A stretch of 64,000 nt of DNA from Candidatus Magasanikbacteria bacterium RIFCSPHIGHO2_01_FULL_33_34 (GTDB lineage Bacteria > Patescibacteriota > Patescibacteriia > Magasanikbacterales > UBA922): assembly GCA_001782825.1 (NCBI GenBank), contig MFPS01000008.1:9012-73011 (forward strand). The letters are read 5' to 3'. The notes below the pieces were generated by a model that did not search any database, was not told the DNA's origin, and worked only from the letters and a program-made list of their open reading frames with translations. A program made the position numbers and the translations under genes. Within the stretch, counting starts at the first letter, position 1. The number at the start of each line of letters is the position of its first letter. This document shows, piece after piece, positions 8,604 through 18,762 of this stretch.

Positions 8604-11600
8604 ATGCAGGAATATAATCCAAATAAAATAGAATCAAAATGGCAAAAAGAATGGGAAAAAAACGGCCTTTATAAAACGCCAGAAGATGTTATTATAGAAA
8701 ATAAAATGTATATATTGCCACAATTGCCATATCCATCAGGATCTGGTTTGCATGTGGGTCATGCAGAAGTATATTCGGCATGTGATATATATGCGCGATA
8801 TCAGAGAATGCAAAAAAAGAAAGTTTTGCAAGTAATAGGCTGGGATAGTTTTGGATTGCCAGCAGAAAATTATGCAATAAAAAATAATGTGCACCCAAAA
8901 ATAAGTACAGACAAAGCCATTGATAATTTTAGGAGTCAAATTAAGTCATTGGGTATTTCTGTAGATTGGGATCGTGAAGTTGGGGCGCATAATCCTGATT
9001 ATTACAAATGGACACAGTGGTTTTTTTTGCTTATGTATAGACGTGGTCTTGCTTATCGTAAAAAACAAAGTGTCAATTGGTGCGATAGTTGTAAGACTGT
9101 GTTAGCAAATGAACAAGTGGTTGAAGGTCATTGTGAGCGTTGTGATACAGAAGTAGTCCAAAGAAAAATGGATCAATGGTTTTTGAAAATTACTGATTAT
9201 GCAGATCGGTTAGCAAAAGATTTGGATAAAGTAGATTGGCCAGCAGAAACAAAACGAAGACAAAGGCAATGGATAGGTCGGAGTGATGGGGCTGAGGTTG
9301 ATTTTAAAATCAAAGATTTTGATTATAAGATTTCAGTATTTACTACTCGTCCAGATACGCTTTTTGGGGCGACATATTTGGTATTGGCTCCAGAAGGTTT
9401 GATCGTGCAAGAATTAAGAGGGCAAGTAGAAAATTGGTTAGAGGTTGAAAAATATATTGATGAAACAAAAAAGAAAACAGAACTTAATCGTCAAACACAA
9501 AAAGAAAAAACTGGGGTAGAATTGAAGGGTATTAAAGCGATTAATCCGGTTAATGGAAAAGAGATGCCTATTTGGATTGCTGATTATGTTTTATCAACTT
9601 ATGGTACAGGGTCTATTATGGCAGTGCCGGCGCATGATGAGAGAGATTGGGAGTTTGCTAAGAAGTTTGGTTTGGAAATAAAAGTTGTCGTAATTCCGGT
9701 GATAGATAGTAGACCAGATGAATTGTTGAATGAAAAAATAAATTTTTATACAAATGAAACGTTACAACACGGCAGTTATTCTAAAGAAGGCTTATCAGTA
9801 AATTCCAATTTTTTAGATGGTTTAAAAAGTGAAGAAGCCAAAGAAAAAATGATAGCTTGGCTTGAAGAATATAATGTTGGCAAAAGAAAAGTCCAATTTA
9901 AACTTCGGGATTGGTCAGTGTCTCGCCAAAGGTTTTGGGGAGCTCCAATTCCAATGGTATTTAATGAAACAAGAAAAAACAAAAAATATGAATATATTTT
10001 TATTCATGGGTATGGTGGGGACAGTGAGTCAAATTATTTTCCAAAATTAAAAAAAGATTTAGAAGCAATTGGCCATACAGTGATTGCTTTTGATTTGCCA
10101 AATACGGAAAAGCCAAATATTTGTGAACAAATGCAGTTTTTGCTTGAAAATATTAGTATAAGTGAAAATACTGTTATTTTGGCACATAGTCTTGGTGGGG
10201 CTGTAGCCATGAAGATGTTAGAACATGAAAACAAAAAAGTTGCTAAAGTGATTTTTTCTGATTGTTTTTTTGAGCCAAAGTTTGCCGATGTTGCACGACC
10301 AGTTGTTGAGAGTAGCTGTGATTGGAATTTTGATTTTGAAAAATTAAAGACATTGTCAGAGGAGTTTGTAGTTGTTTTTGATTCTAATTGTCCGGTAATT
10401 CCTCGTGAACATAGTGAAAAGTTTGCCAAAAATTTGGATGCAAGAATAGTATTTGCGCGGGCTAATGGACCTCATTTTATGAGTATTCACGAACCAATAA
10501 TTTTAGAAGAGTCATTGGTCAATGGTTTAAAACCAGTTAAATTTGATGATTTGCCGGTGAAATTGCCTGATGATGTAGATTTCAAACCTACTGGACAATC
10601 TCCTTTGACATATTCAAAAGATTTTCAAAAAGGTATTGAAGATAAATATGGTTTGGGTTGGGAGAGAGAAGTGGATACACTGGATACGTTTATGTGTTCT
10701 AGTTGGTTTTATTATCGTTATCTTGATCCAAAAAATGATGATGAGTTCGCCTCAAGTATTGCCTTAAAAAAATGGATGCCAGTAGATTTTTATCTGGGTG
10801 GTGAGGAACATGTTAATGGACACTTATTGTATTCAAGGTTTTTCACCAAAGTTTTATTTGATGCTGGATATATTGATTTTGATGAACCATTTATGATGCA
10901 TAGGCATCAAGGTATGATTTTAGGTGAAGATAGCAAAAAAATGAGCAAACGTTGGTCAAATGTTATAAATCCATCTGATGTTGTAGATGAATTTGGAGCA
11001 GATACTTTTAGAGTATATGAGATGTTTATGGGTCCACTCGAACAAACTAAACCATGGAATACTGATGGTGTTCGTGGGGCGCGTAGATTTCTAGATAGAG
11101 TGTGGAATTTATACAAAAAAGTAAATTCTACAGAAAATTTAGAAGTTGAATACGATTCAATTCTTCACAAGACTATAAAAAAAGTTGGTGATGATTTGGC
11201 TACTTTTAGATTCAATACGGCCATTGCAAAGATGATGGAATTGACAAATGAATTTGTAAAAAGTGATAAAATTAGGCATACAGATTTTGAATTATTTTTA
11301 AAGATATTATCTCCATTTGCTCCACATATGACAGAAGAATTGTGGTCTGATATGGGTAATAAAAAATCAATATCATTAGAAGTTTGGCCTCAATATGATG
11401 AGAATAAAGTTATGGATAGCAAAATTATAGTGGTGGCGCAAGTAAATGGTAAAGTACGGGCAAGTTTTGAAGTGGATGTTGATATTTCAGAGAGTGATAT
11501 TAAAAAGATAGTGTTAGAAGATGCTGTTGTCAAAAAATGGTTAGCTGGCAAAGAGCCAAAGAAAGTAATTTATGTTAAGGGAAAGTTAGTATCAGTTGTA

Positions 11601-11606
11601 GTTTAG
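8604..11606 (+). CDS. leuS: Leucine--tRNA ligase with an inserted alpha/beta-hydrolase domain
   Basis: PYPSG.GLHVGH, FTTRPDT (CP1), HLLYSRF, KMSK; extra ~190 aa containing HGYGG and AHSLGG. Confidence 0.96.
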   Translation: MQEYNPNKIESKWQKEWEKNGLYKTPEDVIIENKMYILPQLPYPSGSGLHVGHAEVYSACDIYARYQRMQKKKVLQVIGWDSFGLPAENYAIKNNVHPKISTDKAIDNFRSQIKSLGISVDWDREVGAHNPDYYKWTQWFFLLMYRRGLAYRKKQSVNWCDSCKTVLANEQVVEGHCERCDTEVVQRKMDQWFLKITDYADRLAKDLDKVDWPAETKRRQRQWIGRSDGAEVDFKIKDFDYKISVFTTRPDTLFGATYLVLAPEGLIVQELRGQVENWLEVEKYIDETKKKTELNRQTQKEKTGVELKGIKAINPVNGKEMPIWIADYVLSTYGTGSIMAVPAHDERDWEFAKKFGLEIKVVVIPVIDSRPDELLNEKINFYTNETLQHGSYSKEGLSVNSNFLDGLKSEEAKEKMIAWLEEYNVGKRKVQFKLRDWSVSRQRFWGAPIPMVFNETRKNKKYEYIFIHGYGGDSESNYFPKLKKDLEAIGHTVIAFDLPNTEKPNICEQMQFLLENISISENTVILAHSLGGAVAMKMLEHENKKVAKVIFSDCFFEPKFADVARPVVESSCDWNFDFEKLKTLSEEFVVVFDSNCPVIPREHSEKFAKNLDARIVFARANGPHFMSIHEPIILEESLVNGLKPVKFDDLPVKLPDDVDFKPTGQSPLTYSKDFQKGIEDKYGLGWEREVDTLDTFMCSSWFYYRYLDPKNDDEFASSIALKKWMPVDFYLGGEEHVNGHLLYSRFFTKVLFDAGYIDFDEPFMMHRHQGMILGEDSKKMSKRWSNVINPSDVVDEFGADTFRVYEMFMGPLEQTKPWNTDGVRGARRFLDRVWNLYKKVNSTENLEVEYDSILHKTIKKVGDDLATFRFNTAIAKMMELTNEFVKSDKIRHTDFELFLKILSPFAPHMTEELWSDMGNKKSISLEVWPQYDENKVMDSKIIVVAQVNGKVRASFEVDVDISESDIKKIVLEDAVVKKWLAGKEPKKVIYVKGKLVSVVV

Positions 11607-11608
11607 TT

Positions 11609-13060
11609 ATGAATTACAATATAATAAATTCCAAAAGCAAAACGTTTATAGCGTTTTGTTTTTCTTTTCTTATTGGTGTTGTAATAGCCTCAATATTTAA
11701 ATTTAATTTTGATTATGTAGTCTGGGGTTTTGTGTTTGTAATTTTGATTGGATTATTAGTTGCATTTAGAAAAAGTAAAAGTAAAGTATTTATTTTTGTA
11801 AATGTACTATTGATTATACTAGGAATTTGTAGATATAATTTTGCCTTGCCAAATGATAATGAAAAATATATTAGCCATTATAATGGCAATAAGTTTAAAT
11901 TTGTTGGTTATATTAGCACTGAGCCAGATGTACGAATTGTTGATATTCGTTATGTAGTTCAAAGTGATGATTTAAAAGGCAAAGTCTATTTTAAAAGTAC
12001 TTTATATCCAAGATATGATTATGGAGATAGAGTTGAGATTGAATGTGATTTGGTAACACCAGAGGCATTTGATGATTTTAGGTATGATATGTATTTGGCA
12101 AATATGGGTGTATTTTCATTGTGTGTGAATCCTTATGTATCCAGGTTAGATGGATATGGTGGTAGTATATTTTTTCGTGAAATAATGAAGTATAAAAATA
12201 TTTTTGCTGGGCAAATAAATAAGTTATGGCATGAGCCATATGCTAGTTTTATGGCTGGACTTTTGTATGGTTATCGTGGTGGTTTGGGAGATTTGCAGGA
12301 ACATTTTAATAGGACTGGTATTACTCATATCGTGGCAATTTCTGGATATAATATTTCAATTATTTCAATAATGTTGATTACAATATTTGTTCGATTATGG
12401 ATTCCAAGAAAAAAAGCATTTTGGATTATTATTTTTTGTATTTTTTTGTTTGTAATATTTGCTGGGGCAAGCGGGTCTGTTGTCCGAGCTGGGATTATGG
12501 GGTCAATAGTTCTTTTGTCCAAGTATTTGGGTAGGAAAAATAGAATGGCGAATACTATTATTTTTACAGCCGTATTGATGACAATTTATAATCCATTTGT
12601 ATTGGTATGGGATATTGGATTTCAATTGTCATTTTTGGCTACAATTGGGTTGGTTTATTTGTTGCCAATTTTAGAAGATAAATTTAAAAAATTTCCTAAT
12701 TTGTTTTCAATAAAGACATTATTTTTATCTACTATTTCGGCTATTATACTGACATTTCCATTGACATTGTATCAGTTTGGTAGATTTTCAATCGTAGCTC
12801 CAGTCGTTAATATATTGGTTTTGTGGTTGATTCCATTTATAATGTTATTTGGTTTTATTAGTGTTTTATTGAGTTTTCTTTTTTATCCAATTGGGCAAAT
12901 GTTCGCTTGGCTTACTTTTTTAGGTTTGAAATATATAACATTTATTACAGTTTGGTTTTCTACTTTTGAATATTCTTCTGTTGAATTTCAAGTACCATTA
13001 TTTTTTATCTTTGTTATTTATTTTGTAATCTTTTTTATTATTTATAAATTAAAAAAATGA
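11609..13060 (+). CDS. comEC: ComEC/Rec2 competence channel (membrane part)
   Basis: G.THIVAISGYNI, SVVRAGIM, DIGFQLSFLAT; multi-TM. Confidence 0.92.
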   Translation: MNYNIINSKSKTFIAFCFSFLIGVVIASIFKFNFDYVVWGFVFVILIGLLVAFRKSKSKVFIFVNVLLIILGICRYNFALPNDNEKYISHYNGNKFKFVGYISTEPDVRIVDIRYVVQSDDLKGKVYFKSTLYPRYDYGDRVEIECDLVTPEAFDDFRYDMYLANMGVFSLCVNPYVSRLDGYGGSIFFREIMKYKNIFAGQINKLWHEPYASFMAGLLYGYRGGLGDLQEHFNRTGITHIVAISGYNISIISIMLITIFVRLWIPRKKAFWIIIFCIFLFVIFAGASGSVVRAGIMGSIVLLSKYLGRKNRMANTIIFTAVLMTIYNPFVLVWDIGFQLSFLATIGLVYLLPILEDKFKKFPNLFSIKTLFLSTISAIILTFPLTLYQFGRFSIVAPVVNILVLWLIPFIMLFGFISVLLSFLFYPIGQMFAWLTFLGLKYITFITVWFSTFEYSSVEFQVPLFFIFVIYFVIFFIIYKLKK

Positions 13061-13120
13061 TGATTGACTAATCATTATTTTTTTGATATTTTAATATGAA
13101 CTATTTATTAGGAGGTTATT

Positions 13121-13654
13121 TTGTCCAGACAACGCATATTTAGGCATAATCAATTGTCTTTGGGGTTAACAGATCATAATGTTAAGGTAGGTGTACGAGA
13201 TAATTCAGGAGAAACTATTGTTATAAGTAATCCAACATTACTTTCAGAAGTTTGTCAAAATTATACTCAAATGCCATTTAGGCTTGGTTATAAATATCCC
13301 ATAGATGAGATACTAGATTGTTGGCTAGAAATTTTTGATGCTAGTAGTAATAGCATTGGTCGGATTTATAGGAATGGTATCTTCTATTTTATGGAGATAG
13401 ATACACTCAAAGAAGCTTTGGGGTGGCTTATTTTGACTAGTCTTGGTAGAGAAGTAGAGGTGGATACACTATATAATTTAAACAATGTGATTAGAGTACT
13501 TCGATCTAAAATCAATAATGGTAATTATTTAACAGATGAATACTTACTCAGTATATTAAATTATAGTTGTAGATATAAAGTTGATCTATCTGTTGCTCGT
13601 GATCTGTTTATTATGGTTAATAATAAAGAGAATGATAAAATTTGTGATAAGTAG
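13121..13654 (+). CDS. Hypothetical protein (orphan cassette)
   Basis: 177 aa ORF, TTG start after AGGAGG, own TTGACT box upstream and terminator downstream. Confidence 0.65.
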   Translation: MSRQRIFRHNQLSLGLTDHNVKVGVRDNSGETIVISNPTLLSEVCQNYTQMPFRLGYKYPIDEILDCWLEIFDASSNSIGRIYRNGIFYFMEIDTLKEALGWLILTSLGREVEVDTLYNLNNVIRVLRSKINNGNYLTDEYLLSILNYSCRYKVDLSVARDLFIMVNNKENDKICDK

Positions 13655-13658
13655 TTTT

Positions 13659-13697
13659 GGTCGCCATATGTTAAATATTCATATGGTCGACCTTTTT
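13659..13697 (+). terminator. Intrinsic terminator
   Basis: ggtcg-ccatatg...catatgg-t-cgacc then TTTTT. Confidence 0.75.
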
Positions 13698-13769
13698 AAT
13701 TTTGACAACTATGGTTTATTGTACAAGTATTTTGGAGTATAATGTGTATAATATCTTTAATAAATATTC

Positions 13770-14678
13770 ATGAAAAAAACATTTTTTATAGTTTTGGCAT
13801 TTTTAGTAGTAGTTATTGTAATGTTGATTTATATAAAAATTGATAAAAAAACTATTATTAAGAGTGTGGAAAATACTAGTATTTCTCCACAGGATAAAAA
13901 TGAATTTAAAAGTTATTTGAAAGTAAGCTTTTTGGATGTTGGGCAGGGTGATGCGAGTATGATTGAGTGGCCTAGTGGCAAGCAAATGCTGGTGGATTGT
14001 GGCAGGGATGCGAGTGTTTTGTCTGGTCTGGGAGATTTTATGCCTTTTTATGATAAATATATAGATTATTTATTGATCACTCATCCAGATTATGATCATT
14101 TTGGTGGATGTATTGATGTTTTGAAGAGATTTGATATCGGAGAGATTGTATATAATGGTTTAGTTGCGGATAATAAGGCTTGGGATTATTTTTGGGATTT
14201 GGCGATTTCTGAAGGTGCAACTATAACTCGCATTAGTAAATTGGATACATGGAAGATTGAAAATTCAGAGTTGAAATTTTTGTACCCAGATTCAGATATT
14301 TCTATTAAGGGTATAAATAATAATGATAGTTCAATTGTGTTTCTTTTATCATTTGGAGAAATGGATATTTTGTTTACAGGGGATGCAGAAGAAGGGTTGG
14401 AAGAATATTTGGTAACTACATATGATAATATTCTTGATTCAGAAATATTAAAAGTTGGACATCATGGTAGCGGGACATCATCAATTACAAAGTTTATTGA
14501 TGCTGTTAAACCAAAATATTCTGTGATTTCTGTTGGTGAAGATAATAATTATGGACATCCTTCATTGAGAGTATTAAAACGATTAGAAAGGGTTCAAAGT
14601 GAAGTTTTTAGGACTGATTTATTGGGTAATATTAGCTTTAATATTTATGAAAATCGTATTGAAAGAGTGTTTGAATGA
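13770..14678 (+). CDS. ComEC-related metallo-beta-lactamase-fold hydrolase (stand-alone)
   Basis: FLDVGQGD, THPDYDHFGG, FTGD, KVGHHGS, NNYGHP; N-terminal TM. Confidence 0.92.
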   Translation: MKKTFFIVLAFLVVVIVMLIYIKIDKKTIIKSVENTSISPQDKNEFKSYLKVSFLDVGQGDASMIEWPSGKQMLVDCGRDASVLSGLGDFMPFYDKYIDYLLITHPDYDHFGGCIDVLKRFDIGEIVYNGLVADNKAWDYFWDLAISEGATITRISKLDTWKIENSELKFLYPDSDISIKGINNNDSSIVFLLSFGEMDILFTGDAEEGLEEYLVTTYDNILDSEILKVGHHGSGTSSITKFIDAVKPKYSVISVGEDNNYGHPSLRVLKRLERVQSEVFRTDLLGNISFNIYENRIERVFE

Positions 14679-14704
14679 AATAATATATAGTGTATAATAT
14701 ATTT

Positions 14705-15043
14705 ATGAAAGACCCTTTTATAAAGTTTATTGTTCTGGCAATTGTGCTTATAATAGTATTATTGTCTTTTGTAGTTTTTGGTTCAAGAGTAGACTATATT
14801 ACTAATACGCCAACATCATTATATAAGAAAGTTTCTGGTAATTATGACAAAAATGAACAGAAGAAAATTATTAATAGTATAGTAGGAGATAGTGAAATTA
14901 ACGATTTGACTGAAATGCAAAAGTGTTTAATTTCGCTTTTAGGCTCAGAAACAATTTTAAAAATTCAAAATGATATTATGGAGATTACACCAGATGTTAA
15001 TGCTGTTATAGAAGAATGTAATGAGCGTATAGCCAATTTATAA
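14705..15043 (+). CDS. Hypothetical membrane-anchored protein
   Basis: N-terminal TM helix, two Cys; ATG at 14705. Confidence 0.7.
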   Translation: MKDPFIKFIVLAIVLIIVLLSFVVFGSRVDYITNTPTSLYKKVSGNYDKNEQKKIINSIVGDSEINDLTEMQKCLISLLGSETILKIQNDIMEITPDVNAVIEECNERIANL

Positions 15044-15064
15044 TTAAGTTTAATTAAATAAAAT

Positions 15065-15403
15065 ATGACATTAATAATTAGGTGGTTAGTTAATGCGATT
15101 GCTTTATTAGGTATTTCTTATTATCTACCAGGAGTTTTGGTAGAGAGTTATTATACGGCTTTGGTTACAGCATTAATTTTAGGATTGGTAAATGTTGTAA
15201 TTCGTCCAATTATATTATTTTTTACATTACCATTGAATTTTATTACTTTAGGATTGTTTACATTGGTAATAAATGGTTTTCTTTTTTGGTTTGTAAGCAC
15301 TATTGTTGATGGTTTTACAGTGGTTGGTTTTATGACGGCTTTTTGGGGCGCATTGATTATGACAGTGGTTGGTTGGGTTTTGAGTGTATTACTTAAGAAA
15401 TAA
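15065..15403 (+). CDS. YvlD-like 4-TM membrane protein (phage holin_4_2 family)
   Basis: N.VIRPIILFFTLPLNFITLGLFTLVING. Confidence 0.9.
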   Translation: MTLIIRWLVNAIALLGISYYLPGVLVESYYTALVTALILGLVNVVIRPIILFFTLPLNFITLGLFTLVINGFLFWFVSTIVDGFTVVGFMTAFWGALIMTVVGWVLSVLLKK

Positions 15404-15417
15404 TTATCTAATAAATT

Positions 15418-16107
15418 ATGTATAAAATACTTTCAGTTGGTGGATCAATTGTTATTCCAAAAACAGGTTTCAATGTTCCTTTTTTGAAAAAGTTTAAAGC
15501 CATGATCTTACGACGGGTTTCCCAAGGAGAAAAATTTATTTTGGTTATTGGTGGTGGTGCGACTGCTAGATTATATCAAGCTGGAGCCCAAAAAACATCA
15601 AAATTATCCAATGATGAATTGGATGAATTGGGGATTTATACTACAGTTTTGAATGCGCAGTTTGTGCGGTATATGTTTAAAGACTTTGCTTATAATGAAG
15701 TTGTAAGTAATCCGACCAAAAAAATTAAGACAGACAAAGCCATAATAATTGCTTCTGGTTGGAAACCGGGTTGTTCTACTGATTATGATGCAGTTTTGTT
15801 AGCCAAAACTTATGGCGCAAAGGAAGTTTTAAATTTATCAAATATTGAGTATGTGTATGATAAAGATCCAGCAAAGTTCAAGAATGCCAAAAAGATTGAG
15901 GAGATTGGCTGGGAGGCATTTAGGCGGGATATAGTAGGGGATAAATGGGTAGCAGGCAATAATGCTCCATTTGATCCAATTGCTAGTCGCGAGGCGCAAA
16001 AGTTGGGTTTGGTGGTATCAATATTGAAAGGCAGTGATTTGGCAGAAGTACAAAAAGCTTTGAGTGGAAAAAAATTCAGAGGTACTGTGGTTGGTAAAAC
16101 TTTGTAA
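15418..16107 (+). CDS. pyrH: UMP kinase (archaeal type)
   Basis: SVGGS, GGGATAR.Y, PGCSTDYDA, VYDKDP, PFDPIA. Confidence 0.93.
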   Translation: MYKILSVGGSIVIPKTGFNVPFLKKFKAMILRRVSQGEKFILVIGGGATARLYQAGAQKTSKLSNDELDELGIYTTVLNAQFVRYMFKDFAYNEVVSNPTKKIKTDKAIIIASGWKPGCSTDYDAVLLAKTYGAKEVLNLSNIEYVYDKDPAKFKNAKKIEEIGWEAFRRDIVGDKWVAGNNAPFDPIASREAQKLGLVVSILKGSDLAEVQKALSGKKFRGTVVGKTL

Positions 16108-16117
16108 AATATATATT

Positions 16118-16149
16118 AAAAAATATCCAGATTAATCTGGATATTTTTT
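16118..16149. terminator. Bidirectional terminator between pyrH and tsaE
   Basis: Perfect palindrome aaaaaatatccagattaatctggatatttttt. Confidence 0.75.
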
Positions 16150-16574
16150 TATTCTGTAATTATTTTTCTGCGTTCTGAATCTATATATTCAATTGATATT
16201 TTTTTATTATTTTTGCCTGTAAATAGATGACTGACTTTGTCTGGCCATTCAATTATGCACAAAGTATCTGGTTTGTATAAATAATCTGTAATGCCCACAT
16301 CTTCTAAATCATTTTTGTCACGAAGTCTGTATGTATCACAATGAACCACTTTTTTTATTTTTGGGTGGATTGCTTTGTAAACATTCATCAGGGCAAAAGT
16401 TGGACTAGTAGCAATTTCTTTGACGCCTAATTCTTTGACTAATCCTTTCGTTAGGGTAGATTTACCAGAACCGAGTTCACCATATAATAAAATAACATCA
16501 CCACCATTGATACTTTTGGCAATTTGTTTACCAACTTGTTCCATGTCTTCTGATGTGACAGTTTTGTATTCCAT
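16149..16574 (-). CDS. tsaE: tRNA threonylcarbamoyladenosine biosynthesis ATPase
   Basis: GELGSGKST, SPTF, H.D.YRL, IEW. Confidence 0.96.
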   Translation of the reverse strand: MEYKTVTSEDMEQVGKQIAKSINGGDVILLYGELGSGKSTLTKGLVKELGVKEIATSPTFALMNVYKAIHPKIKKVVHCDTYRLRDKNDLEDVGITDYLYKPDTLCIIEWPDKVSHLFTGKNNKKISIEYIDSERRKIITE

Positions 16575-16582
16575 ACTATATA

Positions 16583-17851
16583 TTAATTTGGAAGTGGAAA
16601 AGATTTACACATTTCTTTTACGCTTTCTTTGATTTTTGCTAATTCATCGTCATTATCAATATTAATTATAGCAGAATTTATAAAATTAGCAACGGTTTTC
16701 ATTTCTTGTTCTTTCATTCCTCGGGTGGTTAATGCTGGAGTACCGAGCCTAATTCCTGATGGATCAAAAGCTTTGCGTGGATCATGAGGGATGGTATTTT
16801 TGTTTACTGTTATCCCAGCTTTACCGAGGGCTTTTTCAGCTTGGGTTCCGGTGACATTTTTATTAATTAGATTGATTAATAATAGGTGAGTTTTTGTTCC
16901 ACCTGTAACTAGGTTGAATCCTTTTGACAATAATTCTTCTGCCAATGTTTTGGCATTTTTGACAACTTGTTCGGCATATACTTTGAATTCTGGTTGCATT
17001 GCTTCTTTGAGAGCAACTGCAATGGCAGCAGTTTGGTGATTGTGTGGACCGCCTTGAAGTCCAGGTATAATAGCTCTGTCAATTAAAGTTGGTATATCTT
17101 TTTTAGTTCTTTCAACTTTTTTAAGTGGCGTAGAAGGGTTACCATTGGCCATTATTATTGCGCCACGAGGACCGCGTAAAGTTTTGTGAGTGGTCGTAGT
17201 AACAACATCAGCAATACCGACTGGATTTTGATATACTCCACCAGCAACAAGTCCGGCAACATGAGACATGTCAGCTAATATAAAGGCGCCAACTTCATCA
17301 GCAATTTCTTTGTATTTTGCCCATTCATAAATTTGCGGATAAGCAGTTCCTCCAGTAACAATAAGTTTTGGTTTGTGTTCATGAGCTAAGGCGCGCATTT
17401 CATCAATATCTATAAATCCATCTTCACGACAACCATATTGAATACTATTATAAAAAACTCCTGAAAAATTTACTTTGAGACCATGAGTCATATGGCCACC
17501 ATGGAATAAATTCAAACCCATTACTGTATCGCCAGGGTCTACAAGGGCAAAATATACTGCAAAATTGGCTGGACAGCCAGAGTGGGCTTGAACATTGGCC
17601 CAGTCAGCTCCAAAAAGTGCTTTAGCACGGTCACGGGCAAGATTTTCAACTATATCTACATTTTCACAACCGCCATAATATCTCATGCCAGGGTAACCTT
17701 CTGAATATTTGTCAGTCAAACGTGAGCCAAGGGCTTCCAAAACTGCCCCAGAGGTATGATTTTCTGATGGTATCATTTCTAATCCTTCAGATTGGCGTCC
17801 TATTTCTTTTTTGATTAATTCAAATATTTGTGGGTCTTGGTTTTGAAGCAT
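16583..17851 (-). CDS. glyA: Serine hydroxymethyltransferase
   Basis: SEN, KYSEGYPG.RYYGG, TTTTHKTLRGPRG, SGIRLGTPA. Confidence 0.98.
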   Translation of the reverse strand: MLQNQDPQIFELIKKEIGRQSEGLEMIPSENHTSGAVLEALGSRLTDKYSEGYPGMRYYGGCENVDIVENLARDRAKALFGADWANVQAHSGCPANFAVYFALVDPGDTVMGLNLFHGGHMTHGLKVNFSGVFYNSIQYGCREDGFIDIDEMRALAHEHKPKLIVTGGTAYPQIYEWAKYKEIADEVGAFILADMSHVAGLVAGGVYQNPVGIADVVTTTTHKTLRGPRGAIIMANGNPSTPLKKVERTKKDIPTLIDRAIIPGLQGGPHNHQTAAIAVALKEAMQPEFKVYAEQVVKNAKTLAEELLSKGFNLVTGGTKTHLLLINLINKNVTGTQAEKALGKAGITVNKNTIPHDPRKAFDPSGIRLGTPALTTRGMKEQEMKTVANFINSAIINIDNDDELAKIKESVKEMCKSFPLPN

Positions 17852-17870
17852 ATTATTTTATTTGTATAAT

Positions 17871-18716
17871 TTATTCAGGTTTTGTATATTTTTTAAGAAT
17901 ACCATCTTTATCATAATACCAAACTTGGTTTCTAGATGGTTCTTTTTCATGACCCGGTTCAATATTTTCTCCCTCTAGTACAGATGCTCCAAATTCACCT
18001 TTAGCTGCATAAAGTGCTTTATCTGATTTTATTTTTAGTGCCTCTAAATCAGCCACTTCATTTTGTGGTGCGTTTACTCCAGCGCTGATAGTGACATCAA
18101 TTTTTTTTCCTTCGTATTTAAATTCGTATTTTGCAACTGCTCTTCTTAATTTTTCTGCTACCTCCGGTCCACTACCATTTGCATTAGCTGCTAATACTAC
18201 TAGTTCTTCTCCGCCGTAGCGAGTAACAATGTCTCCTTCACGTAATGTATTTTTTAGAACTTCTGCCAAGGTCTTGAGCACATAGTCACCACCGGCGTGT
18301 CCATAATTGTCATTAATACTCTTAAATTTGTCCACATCAATCATAATAAAAGAAAATTCTTTATTTTCTCTTTTTCTTCTCTCTAGGTCTTTCTCTAGAG
18401 CTACACGATTTGGTAGTTTGGTAAGTGAATCAGTTTGACCTTTTATTCTTTCAAGTATGGTTTCTTTTATGGATCTTTCTATAACTTTGCTACCAGGACC
18501 ACTTTCGTATATAGAAGTTGGTTCATCTGGTTCTTCAGAACGCAAATTATCTTCCTCAACTGCATAGGATTGAATAATTGTTTCTTTTGACACACCTAAT
18601 TCTTCGGCAAATTTTTCCATTCTTTTATCAAAAGCTTCACGTTCAGCTTGCATTTTTTCTTCGTATGATAATTCTGGCATATTATTTGGATTATATCCAC
18701 CACTTTCTATACTCAT
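17871..18716 (-). CDS. GGDEF diguanylate cyclase
   Basis: D.LT.LPNR, DVDKFK.IND.YGH..GD, REGD I-site, RYGGEE, ALY.AK. Confidence 0.93.
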   Translation of the reverse strand: MSIESGGYNPNNMPELSYEEKMQAEREAFDKRMEKFAEELGVSKETIIQSYAVEEDNLRSEEPDEPTSIYESGPGSKVIERSIKETILERIKGQTDSLTKLPNRVALEKDLERRKRENKEFSFIMIDVDKFKSINDNYGHAGGDYVLKTLAEVLKNTLREGDIVTRYGGEELVVLAANANGSGPEVAEKLRRAVAKYEFKYEGKKIDVTISAGVNAPQNEVADLEALKIKSDKALYAAKGEFGASVLEGENIEPGHEKEPSRNQVWYYDKDGILKKYTKPE

Positions 18717-18762
18717 ATATTATTTATTTAGTATATGTTTTTAAATTATTATGGTCAAGTAA

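Noticed and set aside
9965-10525. LeuRS insert as an intein
   Set aside because: No N-terminal C/S block, no HN-C/S/T end and no LAGLIDADG motif; hydrolase motifs instead.
13058-13060. Alternative genetic code (TGA=Gly, as in Gracilibacteria)
   Set aside because: Long conserved genes translate fully in code 11 and TGA ends genes at sensible positions (13060, 14678).
15065-15403. Holin-family gene as a sign of a prophage
   Set aside because: YvlD-like proteins are common chromosomal genes and no other phage genes are present.
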